Of a stretch of DNA of 61,486 nt, positions 1 to 10,367 are shown one piece after another. The translations under genes and the position numbers were made by a program. How positions within the stretch are numbered: the stretch's first letter is position 1; every line of letters begins with the position of its first letter. The notes under the pieces were generated by a model, which worked only from the letters and a program-made list of their open reading frames with translations, searched no databases and was not told the DNA's origin. Source of the DNA: Lentimicrobiaceae bacterium (GTDB lineage: Bacteria; Bacteroidota; Bacteroidia; Bacteroidales; WCHB1-69); assembly GCA_009787485.1 (NCBI GenBank), contig WQWP01000001.1, positions 1 through 61,486 on the forward strand. The letters run 5' to 3'.

Positions 1-2712
1 GAGATGGGCACAGGAGAGGGAAAAACGCTGGTGGCAACGTTATCTGTTTACTTAAACGCCCTTCCGGGAAAAGGCGTGCACGTGGTTACCGTGAACGATT
101 ATTTGGCAAAACGTGACTCGGAATGGATGGGACTTTTGTACGAATTTCACGGATTAACAGTGGATTGTATTGACAAACATGAGCCCAATTCTGAAGAACG
201 CCGACAAGCCTATTTAGCAGATGTTACTTACGGAACGAACAACGAGTTTGGTTTCGATTATTTGCGTGATAATATGGCGCGAAACGTAGGAGAACTTGTG
301 CAACGTCCTCACAATTACGCTATTGTTGATGAGGTGGACTCCGTGTTGGTGGATGATGCGCGAACGCCGTTAATTATTTCGGGTCCTACGCCGCGTGGCG
401 ACCAGCAAGAGTTCGACATTTACAAGCCAATGATTGAGCGTTTGTATAACGCACAAAAAATATTAGTCAATGAAATATTGACCAAAGCCAAACAGCTGTT
501 AGCACAAAATCCTGATCCTAAGCCGGAAGAAGAAGCTGCCATTTTATTGCTTCGCGCACACCGCGGTTTGCCGAAAAGTAAAGCGATGATTAAATTCCTG
601 AGTGAACAGGGAATGAAGCAGTTGTTGTTGCGCACCGAAGGGTTTTATATGCAGCAACAAAATAGAAACATGCCGATTATTGATCAGGAACTTTACTTTG
701 TGATTGAAGAGAAGCAAAATACAGTAGATATTCAGGAAAAAGGAATTGAGTTGGTTTCCCGCAGCGCCGAAGAAGCCAAATTGTATGTTATTCCAGACGT
801 GGGCGCCGAAATTGCCGAACTCGAAAAACAAAATATTGATCCACAAGAAAAAATAAAAATCAAAAACGAAATCTACCGCAATTTTTCTATTGCTTCCGAG
901 CGCATTCACACCATTCATCAATTACTGAAAGCATATACCATGTTTGAAAAAGATGTGGAGTATGTGATTATGGATAACAAAATTAAGATTGTGGATGAAC
1001 AAACGGGACGTATTATGGAAGGCCGCCGTTATTCGGACGGATTGCACCAAGCTATTGAAGCAAAGGAAAATGTAAAAGTGGAAGCGGCCACGCAAACTTA
1101 CGCCACCATCACTTTGCAAAACTATTTCCGTATGTATAAGAAACTTGCGGGGATGACCGGTACGGCAGAAACCGAAGCCGGTGAGTTTTGGAATATCTAC
1201 AAGTTGGACGTGGTGGTGATTCCTACCAATAGACCGATTGCCCGCTTAGACTCCAACGACTTGGTTTACAAAACCAAACGCGAAAAATACACTGCGGTTG
1301 TAGATGAAATTCTTCGCTTAAATGAAGCAGGACGCCCGGTTTTGGTAGGTACTACCTCTGTGGAAATATCAGAGTTGCTCGCTAAAATTTTATCCGCTAG
1401 AAAAATTAAACATAATGTATTGAACGCCAAACTGCATAAAAAAGAGGCCGATATTGTAGCGGAAGCCGGTCAGGCGGGCACAGTAACCATTTCTACTAAC
1501 ATGGCAGGTCGTGGTACCGACATTAAGTTGGGACTCGGCATTAAGGAAAAAGGCGGACTTGCCATTATCGGCACGGAGCGACACGATTCGCGGCGTGTGG
1601 ACAGGCAGTTGCGTGGGCGCGCCGGACGTCAGGGAGACCCGGGAAGTTCGCAATTCTTTGTTTCGCTGGAAGATGACCTGATGCGTTTGTTCGGCTCCGA
1701 GCGTATCTCAAAAATTATGGACAGGATAGGCTTGCAGGATGGCGAAGTGATTCAACACAGCATGATTTCCAAATCTATTGAGCGCGCCCAGAAGAAAGTG
1801 GAAGAGAACAACTTCGGCATCCGTAAACGTTTGCTGGAGTATGACGACGTGATGAACAAACAGCGCGAAACCATCTACCGCAAAAGAAAAAATGCACTTT
1901 TCGGAGATAAACTGGCGATTGATATTTCCGATATGTTTTACGATGTTTGCGTAAAAGTAATAGAACGAAATTATGAATCGAAAGATTACGAAGGCTTTGA
2001 GCAAGATGTGATTACTACTTTTGGTTGTGAGGTGCCGTTTACACAAGAACAGTTTTTTCAAGAAAGAACCAACAAATTGACGGACGAATTGTATGACAAA
2101 GTGTTTGAAAATTATAAAATCAGACAGCAAATACTTTGTAAACAGGCATTTCCTGTGATAGAGCGTGTTTATTTGGACAACGGCGAACGTTTTGCCAACA
2201 TCGCCATCCCGATTACCGATGGCGTAAAAACATTAAACGTGGTTGCCCCGTTAAAAAAATGCTTTGAAACCGAAGGCCGCGAAATAGGACTTTCTATCGA
2301 AAAAGGAATCACCTTAGCCGTAATTGACAACGCATGGAAAGAGCATTTGCGCGAAATGGACGACTTAAAACAATCGGTACAAAACGCTTCATACGAACAA
2401 AAAGACCCGTTATTAATCTATAAATTAGAGTCTTTCAATCTTTTCGACAGATTATTGGAAAAGATTAACGAAGAGATTGTTTCTTTCCTGAACAAAGGTG
2501 GTTTGCCGGTAGAGCAACACTCACAGGTTCGCGAGGCGCAACTACCACAATCGGAGGCAAGAAAACTGCAAACAGGCAGAAGCGAAATAGGCGGCCGACC
2601 GGTAATTGGCGGCAAGGGAAGTGCGCCGGTACGAGTGGAAAAGAAGGTGGGGAGGAATGAGCCTTGTCCTTGCGGGAGTGGAAAGAAGTATAAGAATTGT
2701 CATGGGCGGTAA
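1..2712 (+). CDS. secA: Preprotein translocase ATPase SecA, 5'-truncated by the window edge
   Basis: The ORF is open from base 1. It has Walker A GTGEGKT at the first codons, a DEVDS box, [24 protein letters not shown], and the C-terminal zinc finger [14 protein letters not shown]. Confidence 0.97.
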   Translation, partial: EMGTGEGKTLVATLSVYLNALPGKGVHVVTVNDYLAKRDSEWMGLLYEFHGLTVDCIDKHEPNSEERRQAYLADVTYGTNNEFGFDYLRDNMARNVGELVQRPHNYAIVDEVDSVLVDDARTPLIISGPTPRGDQQEFDIYKPMIERLYNAQKILVNEILTKAKQLLAQNPDPKPEEEAAILLLRAHRGLPKSKAMIKFLSEQGMKQLLLRTEGFYMQQQNRNMPIIDQELYFVIEEKQNTVDIQEKGIELVSRSAEEAKLYVIPDVGAEIAELEKQNIDPQEKIKIKNEIYRNFSIASERIHTIHQLLKAYTMFEKDVEYVIMDNKIKIVDEQTGRIMEGRRYSDGLHQAIEAKENVKVEAATQTYATITLQNYFRMYKKLAGMTGTAETEAGEFWNIYKLDVVVIPTNRPIARLDSNDLVYKTKREKYTAVVDEILRLNEAGRPVLVGTTSVEISELLAKILSARKIKHNVLNAKLHKKEADIVAEAGQAGTVTISTNMAGRGTDIKLGLGIKEKGGLAIIGTERHDSRRVDRQLRGRAGRQGDPGSSQFFVSLEDDLMRLFGSERISKIMDRIGLQDGEVIQHSMISKSIERAQKKVEENNFGIRKRLLEYDDVMNKQRETIYRKRKNALFGDKLAIDISDMFYDVCVKVIERNYESKDYEGFEQDVITTFGCEVPFTQEQFFQERTNKLTDELYDKVFENYKIRQQILCKQAFPVIERVYLDNGERFANIAIPITDGVKTLNVVAPLKKCFETEGREIGLSIEKGITLAVIDNAWKEHLREMDDLKQSVQNASYEQKDPLLIYKLESFNLFDRLLEKINEEIVSFLNKGGLPVEQHSQVREAQLPQSEARKLQTGRSEIGGRPVIGGKGSAPVRVEKKVGRNEPCPCGSGKKYKNCHGR

Positions 2713-2811
2713 GATTTTGCACGAGTTTACCCCACATAATACATTAATAATTGCTAATGTTAAAACGGGCAGCAATTTCTCGTTTTGTTAGAATGGAGAA
2801 ATCAATATCTC

Positions 2812-5800
2812 CTAATTTCCAATATTATAAAAGTAATTATTCACTTTCTCCTTATAGTAATATTGCAACGCCGGTGGCACCGTCTTCAACAGTTCCGTCT
2901 GTTGGCTTCTGTTTCTATCGAATTGCCATTCTTTGGGTGGCGAAGGGTTTAGTCTTTCGCGAGCTTCAATAGACTCGCGTTTTTCTTCTTTTTCGCGTTC
3001 TTGCCTAGCGCGTTCGCTCTCTAACATACGCGTTTCAATGCTTTTTTGTCGTGTAATAGTTTGTGCTGATATAGAACGATTTACCAACTCTTTTTCTGTT
3101 TTCTTCATCTCTTCAAGAAGTTGCTCTATGGACTTATCCCCTACCCCATCTTGCCCTTTCAATTCATCGTTATAATCCTGCATCATTTTGCGAATAGCTT
3201 CTTGTTGTGCGGCCATACGTGCAAATTGCTCGCTCATGCCTTGCTGACCGGACTGGCCGGGCATGGGCACTTGTCCCTCCTGCTTGCCTTGCTGCATAGA
3301 ACGTTGCATCGCTTCCATTTGGCGGTTTAATTGTTGTTGCAGTTCGCGCGCCGAATTGGGTTTTCCTTTGCCACCCGGTTTACTGCATGAGGAGTTTTTA
3401 CCTTTACTCCCTTTTTTATTGCACTTTGAATTACATTCTTTCTGCTTTTCTTTCATTTTTTTCAAAGATTCCGCCAACATTAAAGCTAAATTATTCATGG
3501 AAGTCAACGAAAATTGCTCATCTGAAAGCGCCTGTGGAATTTTTCTCTCTACTAAATGTTCTATAGAAGTTTTTGAATACTCTCGAATTTTTGTTACTTC
3601 CTTTGTAATAAACGGTTCTACCATCGGTTGACGTTTCGCCAAATTGGTCAACGAATCATCAATCATGCGCATATAATCTTGAATATTAGATTGTTCGCGA
3701 ATATAATCGGTTAACATCGGCGATTTTGCGCCGCCTGCTTTTACCGCTTGCATTACATCTTCCTGCTTAAAGGAAACACGAATAAGGTTATTCAAAATTT
3801 GACGCAAGGTTTCTATATCTTCGGTAATATCTTCCGCTTCGGCTTCATCTTTCTCTTGTTGCATCTCATCTGCCATATCTTCCATTTGTTGCGAGGCATC
3901 TTGTTGGCTATCTTTGGCTTTCGAGCGATTGTTTTTATTCAACTGTTCCGCCGATTCCTTCATTTTTTGCATAATTTGCTGCTCTTGTTCCGAACGATTC
4001 TTCAATTTGTTCGGCTCTTCCAATTCCTTGTTCAATTTCTGCAAATCTTTCATATCTTTTTGCAAGTCTTGAAACTTTTGATTCAATTGCTCCTGTTTTT
4101 GTTGCAAATCCTCCTTCGGAATTGCTTTTTGTTCGGTTTGTTTCGACAAATCCTTTTGCTCTTGCGCCAAATTACGCGTGTTGTCAATTACCTCCTGAAA
4201 TTTCTTTTCAAATTCCAACAATTTAAACAATGCAAGTTGTTGATCCAAAGACTTATTAATATCTTCCGCACTCATCTGCATTTTTTGCAACGCTTCGCGC
4301 ATCTGATCTTTATTCATTTCCTGCATCATATTCTGCATCTTTTCTATCATTTGTTTCATTTCATCAGAAAGCAAATTATCGAAACGCTTTTGCAGTTCTT
4401 CCTGTTTTTTCATGATCTCAGAAGCCGTATTTTTATACTGTTCCTCTTTCATCAAATTTTTATCTTGACTATCTTTGGCATCTTGAATCTTATCTTGCAG
4501 CTCTTTGTATTGTTCCATCAATGCTTCCATTTTTTGCCGGTCTTGCCAGGAAGGCTCATTTGTTTGCAGCAATTGCTGATTCAATTTTTCTAACTCTTTC
4601 ACCAAATCTGCGGCTTCTTTTGCCAAATCATCCATCGAACTTTTGGTTTGCTCGTTGCCTTGAGCAATCTCTTTGTTAATCTCTTCCATCGTTTTTAAAC
4701 GGAAAGTTACCGCTTGTGTTTTAGCCGCTTTATGCCCGTTAACTCCATCATTATCTTTCACTTCAAAGAAATATTCCATAGAATACCCGGGATGCAAATT
4801 CAATGTACCGGCAGCAAAGTCGAAATAATAATCCTGAACCGTCGCATTTTTATCAAATTGAATATCAATAGTTTGATTTTGTTCCAACAAGTTTTTATTT
4901 TCGTCAAAAACAGAATACACGAACTTCAAACTTGAAAAACCGTAATCATCTCTAATGTTTCCTTTAAAATACACACGATCGGAAAATAAAGAATCGGCTT
5001 GACTTTGCACACTGATTTCAGGGTACAAATCTTTAATTACTTGAATATTATACGACAAGGTATCCGGACTCACGAAATGTTGGTTTTTGGAAATTGTAGC
5101 ATAGTGAAAACTTTCCCGAGCGGTGTGTGAAGTTGTAAATACTTCTTTTTCAGGAGTTAATATCTCTTCTTTATCTCGTAAAAAAAAGTCAATTTGATTG
5201 GTATTTTTGGTATAAAACTTCCAGGTAATGCGTGTGCCTTCCGGTACAGTGGCATCTCCGTTATTTTCAATAACTTCTCTGTTTTTATTCAGATAAGCAG
5301 GAAAACTTAATTCCATTACATAACTTACAATTACCGGTTTGGGGAGTACGTTTATCGTGTAAGGTTGCGTAGTAACCTCTTCTGTTTGCAATTGAAACGT
5401 CATGTCTCTCTGCATATTAGAAAAAGTATAAGCAAATTCCGTATTCGACTGTTTGGTACATCTGTAGTTCCGTTTATCATACACAATAAAAAGCTCATTG
5501 GGCGCTTCATCGCCTATTATTTTAATATATACAGTAAAATTATCATTTTGTAGCGCTTTTAGGCTCTTATTTTGCACTTCAATTTTATAAGGCGCCGGTT
5601 TTTCAAAATGTTGCTGATATTGCACAATTCGTTGTGTGGACTCCGTAAAAATTTCACTTTTGGTAGAAAAAAGCACAAAAAACAGCAGTACCGGAATCAT
5701 TGCCCATTTTATAAAGCGGGTACTCTTTTTAAACGGCACCGCTTTTACAAACGCAAAAGGTTTCAGTGTTTCAATTTTGGTGTCAATAGCTGCATTAAGC

Positions 5801-6186
5801 AGGTCTAAACTTTTATATTTTCCTTCTTCAATTTGAGCTTCTAATTGAATTACATTGAGCAATTTATCATCAATTTCAGGAAAATATTTTCCGATAATTT
5901 TAGAGACCGTCAAGGAATTCAAAGTTTTTCCCAACCCTACTATTTTTGCAAGCGGGTAAATGACATAAATGCCAATTGTGCTCAAAAACAACGCCAAATA
6001 GGTATAAAAAAGCACTGTACGAGTCGTAGAATTTAAGTAAGAGAAGTACTCTAATAACGCAAAGGCAATAAAAACCCCCATTGTAATCATCACGAAAACA
6101 AGCGCCCCTTTGTACAGTTTATTGAGGTAATATTTTCGTATAAAAATTTTGATTTTATGGTGGATAAAAATTCTATTTTCTGTCAT
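2812..6186 (-). CDS. Large membrane-anchored coiled-coil protein, K/E/Q-rich (possibly DUF4175-like)
   Basis: 1124-aa ORF. There are hydrophobic helices near the N-terminus (ALVFVMITMGVFIAFALLEYF, LALFLSTIGIYVIYPL), a mid region with beta-rich composition, then about 500 aa of charged low-complexity heptad-like sequence and a Cys/Lys patch (KECNSKCNKKGSKGKNSSCSK). The family name is from memory only. Confidence 0.6.
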   Translation of the reverse strand: MTENRIFIHHKIKIFIRKYYLNKLYKGALVFVMITMGVFIAFALLEYFSYLNSTTRTVLFYTYLALFLSTIGIYVIYPLAKIVGLGKTLNSLTVSKIIGKYFPEIDDKLLNVIQLEAQIEEGKYKSLDLLNAAIDTKIETLKPFAFVKAVPFKKSTRFIKWAMIPVLLFFVLFSTKSEIFTESTQRIVQYQQHFEKPAPYKIEVQNKSLKALQNDNFTVYIKIIGDEAPNELFIVYDKRNYRCTKQSNTEFAYTFSNMQRDMTFQLQTEEVTTQPYTINVLPKPVIVSYVMELSFPAYLNKNREVIENNGDATVPEGTRITWKFYTKNTNQIDFFLRDKEEILTPEKEVFTTSHTARESFHYATISKNQHFVSPDTLSYNIQVIKDLYPEISVQSQADSLFSDRVYFKGNIRDDYGFSSLKFVYSVFDENKNLLEQNQTIDIQFDKNATVQDYYFDFAAGTLNLHPGYSMEYFFEVKDNDGVNGHKAAKTQAVTFRLKTMEEINKEIAQGNEQTKSSMDDLAKEAADLVKELEKLNQQLLQTNEPSWQDRQKMEALMEQYKELQDKIQDAKDSQDKNLMKEEQYKNTASEIMKKQEELQKRFDNLLSDEMKQMIEKMQNMMQEMNKDQMREALQKMQMSAEDINKSLDQQLALFKLLEFEKKFQEVIDNTRNLAQEQKDLSKQTEQKAIPKEDLQQKQEQLNQKFQDLQKDMKDLQKLNKELEEPNKLKNRSEQEQQIMQKMKESAEQLNKNNRSKAKDSQQDASQQMEDMADEMQQEKDEAEAEDITEDIETLRQILNNLIRVSFKQEDVMQAVKAGGAKSPMLTDYIREQSNIQDYMRMIDDSLTNLAKRQPMVEPFITKEVTKIREYSKTSIEHLVERKIPQALSDEQFSLTSMNNLALMLAESLKKMKEKQKECNSKCNKKGSKGKNSSCSKPGGKGKPNSARELQQQLNRQMEAMQRSMQQGKQEGQVPMPGQSGQQGMSEQFARMAAQQEAIRKMMQDYNDELKGQDGVGDKSIEQLLEEMKKTEKELVNRSISAQTITRQKSIETRMLESERARQEREKEEKRESIEARERLNPSPPKEWQFDRNRSQQTELLKTVPPALQYYYKEKVNNYFYNIGN

Positions 6187-6488
6187 AGTGATGGGGTAAA
6201 AACAGTTTTAAAACGAATCAAGCGAAAATATCGTATTTTTTGATGAAAATATTAAAAAAAGTATTTTGTGCTTAACTTTTTGCGACTTGCATAATTCCCA
6301 TACCATTCAACTACCCACTTCCGCCACAGGGCTGCATTTTGTGGTGATCATGCTGAGAGATGGCGCTGTGCTAACGCAAAAGATGGTGATACAGCGGTAG
6401 CAGTTAATACGGGTTACAGTTTTTCTATTTTGCTGAAAATCTGCTAGAAAAAATTTTCATATTTTTTCCGAAAACGGTTTTTGCGTTG

Positions 6489-6496
6489 TATATTTG
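6489..6496 (+). promoter_or_regulatory. Candidate Bacteroidota -7 box (TATATTTG)
   Basis: Exact TAnnTTTG match about 37 nt upstream of the GTG at 6533. It overlaps the TTG that the ORF track used as a start. Confidence 0.35.
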
Positions 6497-6532
6497 CCGC
6501 GGAATTACTACTATAAACTAAACCTAACTGCC

Positions 6533-7315
6533 GTGTCTCGTAAACTACTCATCCGTTGCTGCTTAGCATCATTTTTTCACCTCCTTACCTGCTCTTTTAT
6601 TTTTGCTCAACAGCAAGTTTCCGTTGCCGATTATTTCTATTTTCATAATCGGGAACAAAATTTTTCTATACGGGCGTGGATTCCTCATGGAACGTTTTCA
6701 CTTTCCTCACAAAATCAATTTCTATTAAAGGAACTGTGTACGGCAACGATATCGGGAGGTTATCATATAAAAGGAAATGCGGTAGTTTTAACCGTTTCAC
6801 ATTTTGGGTATTCTAAATATGGATTGTTTACGATTTCTTCCGGCTATGCGCGAGCTTTTGCCCATCGCATTTCCTTTGGATTGCAAGTGCATTATCTGTT
6901 GCATCATGCGGAAAATTATCCGAAAAGACACTCTCTTACTTTCGATTTATCGCTTTATGGAAGAATTACGCAAAAAGTAGGTGTGGGCATATCAGCATAT
7001 AATCCGGCAAATTTAAGATATGGGCTTACGGGGAAAGAAAAAATTCCGATGTGTTATATATTAATGTTGGATTATAAACTTAATGATAAAGTGTTGTTGG
7101 CGGTGGGGGCTTCAAAGCAATTGCCCGGATTTTTTGATGTTACTGCAACTGTTTGTTTTAGAGATAAATTTTATGGTTTTATTATGGATTTATCGTTGAA
7201 GAAAATGGATATACAATTTTCTTTTTGGTGGAAAGGGTTTCAATTTGATTTGGGAGGGGGCTTTGATTATCGGGTGGGGTTTTCGCCACGGGTGGGTGGG
7301 CAGTATTTTTTTTAG
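6533..7315 (+). CDS. Hypothetical secreted / outer-membrane beta-barrel-like protein
   Basis: ORF 6494..7315. I prefer the GTG at 6533, which gives MSRKLLIRCCLASFFHLLTCSFIFAQQ, a signal-peptide-like N-terminus. The rest shows an alternating aromatic/hydrophobic pattern and ends in ...GGQYFF. Confidence 0.5.
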   Translation: MSRKLLIRCCLASFFHLLTCSFIFAQQQVSVADYFYFHNREQNFSIRAWIPHGTFSLSSQNQFLLKELCTATISGGYHIKGNAVVLTVSHFGYSKYGLFTISSGYARAFAHRISFGLQVHYLLHHAENYPKRHSLTFDLSLYGRITQKVGVGISAYNPANLRYGLTGKEKIPMCYILMLDYKLNDKVLLAVGASKQLPGFFDVTATVCFRDKFYGFIMDLSLKKMDIQFSFWWKGFQFDLGGGFDYRVGFSPRVGGQYFF

Positions 7316-7342
7316 CACGCAGATATTATTTTAAAAAAAACT

Positions 7343-9373
7343 ATGAAAAACTTCCTCCTCTTCCTCCTCCTCCCATCAATCGCCCTCGCGCAAGTTGATT
7401 CCACATTCACCCGTATCCATCTCGAAGACCACCTCATCGAAGAAATAGAGACTCTTGATATCGAAGAGGAAACCGACCTCATAGAAGAACTATACGAAAT
7501 ATATGATGCACTCGAAACAATCAACCTCAACGATCTGCCTCCCGAAATCGCCTTTTCTATTCTAAAAATGTCTGATTATCAATATTACCAACTTCAAAAA
7601 TATATCGCCGAAAACGGATTTTTAATCTCTATTTACGAACTGATTGCGGTAGAAGGATTTACTATAGAATATGTGCAACAACTTGAACCTTATGTTGTAA
7701 CCGACGCCGTTAAAGAGCAGAAGCGAAGTTTCAAATCATTATTTAAACGTCCCAAACACAAATTGTTAATCCGTTATTCGCAGATCTTGGAAACGAAAGC
7801 GGGATACAACAAAGACAGAAGCACACACTATGTAGGCACCCCGCAACAGTACGTCTTTCGCTATACTTTCACGGCGAGCGAGCATATTACATTAGGAATT
7901 GCAGGTAAAAAAAATGCCGGCGAAGAGTTCTTCAAAGGCTCTCAAAAGCATGGATTTGGATTTTATTCTTGTCATTTACAGATAAAAAACATCGGCATTT
8001 TACAATCAGTAATTATAGGCGATTACCGGTTGCATTTCGGACAAGGCATGATAATGGGAAACGGATTTTTAAGCAACACTTCCGGTGAGATCAGAAAAAC
8101 AGGCGCCGTGCAGCGTCCGGTAACCGCCATGAGTCAGAGTAATTTTTTACGAGGTATAACCTTGCAATTAGGAACTTACAAATTTAGTGGCACAATTTTC
8201 TACGGTCATCGTTTTTTTGATGGCAATGTTGTAGAAATAGAGCCCGGTAATTTTGCTTTTGAAGGAGCCATTTCCAACACGGGGCTACATCGCACCGAAA
8301 CAGAGCTAAGCAAGCGCAATACGTTGTTTAACAGAGTGTATGGAGTACATTTTCGCACACAGTTCAAAGCTTTTAAAATCGGAACACAAATCATGCGTAC
8401 CGAATTTTCATTGCCAATAGTATCGCCTTCAAGACCTTATCAATATTTTGATTTTTCAGGAAAAGGGTTATGTAATGCAAGCATAGATTATCAGGTATTA
8501 GCAAAACATCATATCATTTTCGGGGAAGTGGCGGCAAGCAGTACATCCGGTTTCGGGTTTCTGCAAGGCGCTATTTTTAAAATAGATCCACGGGTAAGAC
8601 TCTCCGCATTAATACGCCATTTTAGCAAAAACTTTATCGCCATTGATGGGAAGCCTTATTCAAAAAACAGCAAGCTGAATAATGAAACCGGCTTATTGCT
8701 TACTTCCGAAATTGTACTTTCAAAAAGAGTAAATATGGTGATGTTTTTCGATATGTATCAATTTCATTGGCTGCGATATTTGACAGACAAGCCTTTACCA
8801 CATCTCAATGCTTCGCTGCGGTTTGACATCGCGATGAGTAGAAATTGCGCATTATTAGTGCGTTACACCTACAAAACACAAGCCAAAAACTTCAGAGAAG
8901 AACAAATCTACAATCAAGTCTTAGAAACACAGCAACATCGTTTACGGGTAATTCTTTCCTGTAATTTTCTGCAATTTCTGCAATTAAAATCGGAAATAAG
9001 CGGCGTTTACAATAGAAATATTCATCATAAAAAACACATCTTCGGATTACTTGCCTATCAAGATGTTGGCGTTAATATGAATAGAATAGGATTGGATTTA
9101 AAACTCAGACTTGCTTTGTTTGATACCGATACTTACGATGAACGATTGTATGCTTATGAAAACGACCTCTCTTATACATTTACTATAAACAGCTATTATT
9201 ACAGAGGTTGCAAAACTTACTTCATCGTAAAATGGAAATACGGGTGGTTTGAAATACAAGGCAAAATATCGCGCACATTATTTTTTAATAGAAATCAAAT
9301 CAGCAGCGGGTTGGAGTTGATTGATGCGCCGCATAGAACGGAAGTGAAATTGCAAATGCTGATTAAACTATAA
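7343..9373 (+). CDS. Secreted helix-hairpin-helix domain protein with a large C-terminal beta-barrel-like region
   Basis: Signal peptide MKNFLLFLLLPSIALAQ, an acidic stretch, an HhH-like segment (LNDLPPEIAFSILKMSDYQYYQLQKYIAENGFLISIYELIAVEGFT), then about 550 aa rich in alternating aromatic residues. Confidence 0.6.
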   Translation: MKNFLLFLLLPSIALAQVDSTFTRIHLEDHLIEEIETLDIEEETDLIEELYEIYDALETINLNDLPPEIAFSILKMSDYQYYQLQKYIAENGFLISIYELIAVEGFTIEYVQQLEPYVVTDAVKEQKRSFKSLFKRPKHKLLIRYSQILETKAGYNKDRSTHYVGTPQQYVFRYTFTASEHITLGIAGKKNAGEEFFKGSQKHGFGFYSCHLQIKNIGILQSVIIGDYRLHFGQGMIMGNGFLSNTSGEIRKTGAVQRPVTAMSQSNFLRGITLQLGTYKFSGTIFYGHRFFDGNVVEIEPGNFAFEGAISNTGLHRTETELSKRNTLFNRVYGVHFRTQFKAFKIGTQIMRTEFSLPIVSPSRPYQYFDFSGKGLCNASIDYQVLAKHHIIFGEVAASSTSGFGFLQGAIFKIDPRVRLSALIRHFSKNFIAIDGKPYSKNSKLNNETGLLLTSEIVLSKRVNMVMFFDMYQFHWLRYLTDKPLPHLNASLRFDIAMSRNCALLVRYTYKTQAKNFREEQIYNQVLETQQHRLRVILSCNFLQFLQLKSEISGVYNRNIHHKKHIFGLLAYQDVGVNMNRIGLDLKLRLALFDTDTYDERLYAYENDLSYTFTINSYYYRGCKTYFIVKWKYGWFEIQGKISRTLFFNRNQISSGLELIDAPHRTEVKLQMLIKL

Positions 9374-10252
9374 AAACAACAACACACACCCTCCCACACT
9401 AATAAACGCCCCAAACACTTGATAAAACGTTATTTTCTCTTTAAATATCAGCGCCGACGGGAATATGATCAGAATGGGCACTAACCCCATCAAAGTGGCG
9501 GCTACTCCGGCTTTGGTATGTTGAACAGCGAAGAGGGAGAGCGACACGCCCATTACAGGACCAAAAACAGAACCGGACAACACAAACTTTACGCCCGATT
9601 TATTAGAAAATGCTTTCAAGATAGAACTCCATCTATTTAAGAAAGTTACTAATAACAGAAACGATATTCCTCCTGTAATGGCACGAATTTGGGTAGCAGA
9701 GATGGCATTGTAATCCCCCATTCCTTTTTTGCTAAGTACTAGTCCGATAGCTTGCCCTGCCGCTCCGCCAAGCGCAAACAAAAACCCTTTGAGCGGCACA
9801 TTAAAATTAAATTTTTCCCCTCTTTTCTTTCCGAGCATGGCAATACAAATACCGCCCACTGTGATGCAAATACCCAAAGCTTGCTTGGCAGAAAGATATT
9901 CATTTAACATTAACAATCCGGTAATTGCGGTAATGGGTGGCGCGAGCGTCATCACAAGTTGCGCCATCCGTGAGCCGATTATAGAGTAGGAGTGAAACAA
10001 AAAAAGATCTCCGAGAAAGAAACCGACAAATCCGGAGAGCGAAAGCCAAAACCATTGATACGGCGTAGCATCTGTGGGAAGGAAGTACCCGCGCGTAACC
10101 CATGCAATTAGCCCCAACAGTATAATTGCCGTCATCAAGCGAATGACATTTACGGATAGGGATCCTATTTTACTGCCTGCCTTTTCAAAAAACAAAGCGC
10201 TTAGCGTCCAACATATTGCAACGCCGAGTGCGGAAAATTCGCCGATATGCAT
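9368..10252 (-). CDS. DMT-superfamily (EamA-like) transporter
   Basis: 294 aa, about 10 hydrophobic helices, and a two-fold repeat architecture typical of EamA proteins. Confidence 0.8.
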   Translation of the reverse strand: MHIGEFSALGVAICWTLSALFFEKAGSKIGSLSVNVIRLMTAIILLGLIAWVTRGYFLPTDATPYQWFWLSLSGFVGFFLGDLFLFHSYSIIGSRMAQLVMTLAPPITAITGLLMLNEYLSAKQALGICITVGGICIAMLGKKRGEKFNFNVPLKGFLFALGGAAGQAIGLVLSKKGMGDYNAISATQIRAITGGISFLLLVTFLNRWSSILKAFSNKSGVKFVLSGSVFGPVMGVSLSLFAVQHTKAGVAATLMGLVPILIIFPSALIFKEKITFYQVFGAFISVGGCVLLFL

Positions 10253-10367
10253 TTAATTTCTTATAATGGCTGCGAAAATACGAAAAACTCTCTGTGTTCT
10301 TCTGGTCTCCTTTGTGCTCTATGTGCTAAAAAACAAAACTTGTACAATTATTTCCTATTTTCGCGCC

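Noticed and set aside
3748-4593. 281-aa ORF antisense to the large coiled-coil gene
   Set aside because: The translation is low-complexity L/F/I/Q-rich, mirroring the K/E/Q codon bias of the sense strand. It is fully embedded in a much longer, better-supported ORF.
6300-6420. Relatively GC-richer block in the 300-bp spacer containing gctgagag and a ccaca...tgtgg hairpin; considered as a TPP riboswitch or other ncRNA
   Set aside because: Only the CUGAGA-like hexamer matches. The ACCUGAUCUGGAUAAUGCC-type TPP core and paired stems are absent. I could not match it to SRP, 6S, RNase P or tmRNA signatures either, so it is left uncalled.
6494-6532. TTG start at 6494 for the 273-aa ORF
   Set aside because: The TTG lies inside an exact TAnnTTTG -7 box (6489..6496), and the first 13 codons (PRNYYYKLNLTA) are not signal-like. 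The GTG at 6533 gives a conventional signal peptide.
10290-10330. Degenerate copy of the glyA-hairpin motif upstream of rnr as a regulatory hairpin
   Set aside because: Only a partial, mismatched half-site is present (ctttgtgctctatgtgc against ctttgcgcctctgcgcc) with no inverted partner. It is noted only as a probable decayed repeat.
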